A DNA stretch of 64,000 nucleotides from Heptranchias perlo (lineage: Eukaryota): NCBI RefSeq assembly GCF_035084215.1, contig NC_090341.1:50034001-50098000 (forward strand), read 5' to 3'. The position numbers were made by a program, and so were the translations under genes. A model generated the notes under the pieces. It searched no databases. It had not been told where the DNA came from and saw only the letters and a list, made by a program, of their open reading frames with translations. This document shows positions 62,066 to 64,000 of this stretch, one piece after another (position 1 is the stretch's first letter; each line of letters begins with the position of its first letter).

Positions 62066-62543
62066 TTTTTTATTCGTTCATGGGATGTGGGCGTCGCTGG
62101 CGAGGCCGGCATTTATTGCCCATCCCTAATTGCCCTCGAGAAGGTGGTGGTGAGCCGCCTTCTTGAACCGCTGCAGTCCGTGTGGTGAAGGTTCTCCCAC
62201 AGTGCTGTTAGGAAGGGAGTTCCAGGATTTTGACCCAGCGACGATGAAGGAACGGTGATATATTTCCAAGTCGGGATGGAGTGTGACTTGGAGGGGAACG
62301 TGCAGGTGGTGTTGTTCCCATGTACCTGCTGCTCTTGTCCTTCTAGGTGGTAGAGGTCGCGGGTTTGGGAGGTGCTGTCGAAGAAGCCTTGGCGAGTTGC
62401 TGAAGTGCATCCTGTGGATGGTACACTCTGCAGCCACGGTGCGCCGGTGGTGAAGGGAGTGAATGTTTAGGGTGGTGGATGGGGTGCCGATCAAGCGGGC
62501 TGCTTTGTCCTGGATGGTGTCGAGCTTCTTCAGTGTTGTTGGG
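62066..62543 (-). mobile_element. Family-A LINE 3' fragment, young
   Basis: Very similar to 1628-2105; encodes PTTLKKLDTIQDKAARLIG. Confidence 0.93.
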
Positions 62544-63364
62544 GCGGCAATGCTAATCATGGCCCTAGGATTTTGTTTGGGGATCCCAGCCCCACTTCTA
62601 CCGCACAAAGGACCTACACACCGGGTTCATCCAGGCGTTCAGATCGCTGGGTGGGAGAGAATCTGGGGCTGAAGAAATTCCTGGTGTGGCAATTGCCTCC
62701 CCTCTGTCCCTGCCCCCTCTGACGTCAGGGGCAGAGACCTGTTTGGGACAGATGGAAGCATTGGCAGGATACCTGGGTGTAAGTTGACATCAGCAAAATG
62801 GCCGCAGGTTCGGGCATAATTTGGGGTCTAATATCGGGTTGTGCCCAAGGAGGAAACTCCAGGCCCCAATGGGATGAATTGCTTTTGTGCTGTAATATCT
62901 TTGAGTTTTCTTCTGCTCTAATAATTACAGTGCTATTTATAAATTATATTAGTATTAACGTGTGATTGTATAACCTGGCCATTTGGAAGGAAAACACTTG
63001 GTCCAGGCCGGATGTGCAAATTAATAACCGGCAGTATTCCATATGGACACTCGGCCTCCTGGGTCCTACCAGAACTCCGCCTCAATTGGGCCTCCTGCGG
63101 CCTCCTTCCTCCCTTGAGGCCGAGGAATTTCAAGGCCCCGTTATGTCTTGTGATTGAGTTTAAAAAGGACCACTACTAAGCTGGAAGGAGACAAAAATAC
63201 TTAATTTTTGTCAGACTTTCCCTCATCTGTGATGTTGTGATAAGTAGGCGCCTGCCAAATAGCCAGAGATTTAATAGGTCCCTCCCTCTTGTTTTAAATC
63301 TCTTCCTCCCTTTTCCAAGGAGGGCGTTATCACTCGAGGAATGAAAGTGGAAAGGTAGAATTGT

Positions 63365-63590
63365 TCTTCTTCACGCAGGCTGATTATTAGAACACGGAAT
63401 GCTTTGCCACAAGTGATAACGGAGCAGAGATGCATCATTTAAATGCAAATTGGATAAGCATTTGGAAAGCAAGACTATAAGAGGATATGGTGAAAAGGGC
63501 AGGGAAATTCGATTAGAATAAACTGCTCCAGTTGATGGGCTGGCACAGGCACAGATGCAGACACAATGGTCTGGACTTTCCTCCACCTTT
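63365..63590 (+). mobile_element. Old CR1 3' fragment
   Basis: ttcttcacgcagg..ggaatgctttgccaca..gcagagatgcatcatttaaa..ttggataagca. Confidence 0.6.
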
Positions 63591-64000
63591 GTGCCCAGAG
63601 GCTCCCGTAACCTGGGCACAAACCAATTACGCGGCTTAAAAGATGGTGGCATTTTGGGCGTAAATGAGTTACCTGCATGACTACAATACACCCAAGTCTC
63701 TTCGATCTTTTACATCCGTCCATCAAACCCTCCGTCCGAACAAATCATTGCCTGCAAAACTGGCCACGTCTCCGACTCTCAAACGCAAGTATCCTGCAAT
63801 TGGGCTTGTTGGAGGGGGGTCTCTCAACATTGCGATCAGATCTTCAGGCGCAGCAGGAAAGAAAGTCATTATTCTGGTCTTTTAACTGCAATTTTTTGAG
63901 TTTTTTATCCTGAGATCGCTGTATTTTCTGTTTTCTTTTAATGCATTTTTATGACATAAGTATCTGTCACATTAATAATTGAAAAGCTTCCCCGATTGCA

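Noticed and set aside
63664-63913. Two overlapping short ORFs in unique sequence
   Set aside because: No recognisable domain or convincing splice signals; cannot be supported as an exon.

Overview
Repeat-dense vertebrate non-coding DNA, most likely a shark or other cartilaginous fish. That assignment is an inference from the ~20 SacSINE1/AmnSINE-like DeuSINE copies and the many CR1 and L2 LINE fragments. By eye, about half or more of the window is transposon-derived. I found no complete host gene, rRNA, tRNA gene or CRISPR array; two short CpG-associated candidate first coding exons (+ strand, both phase 1) suggest the window may lie in the 5' introns of a large gene. Main elements: (1) a young Penelope-like element (uninterrupted RT + GIY-YIG ORF) with a terminal hammerhead ribozyme motif, inserted in a 32-bp minisatellite; (2) a 200-bp palindromic Penelope derivative with a perfect 12-bp TSD and an intact minimal hammerhead; (3) a 1.56-kb TAG..CTA DNA transposon with a 3-bp TSD (Academ-like); (4) a 2.06-kb Harbinger derivative nested in a CR1; (5) a hAT MITE; (6) five minisatellites, one apparently grown from a hairpin arm. 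Family names come from recalled motifs rather than database searches, and boundaries of old repeats are approximate.
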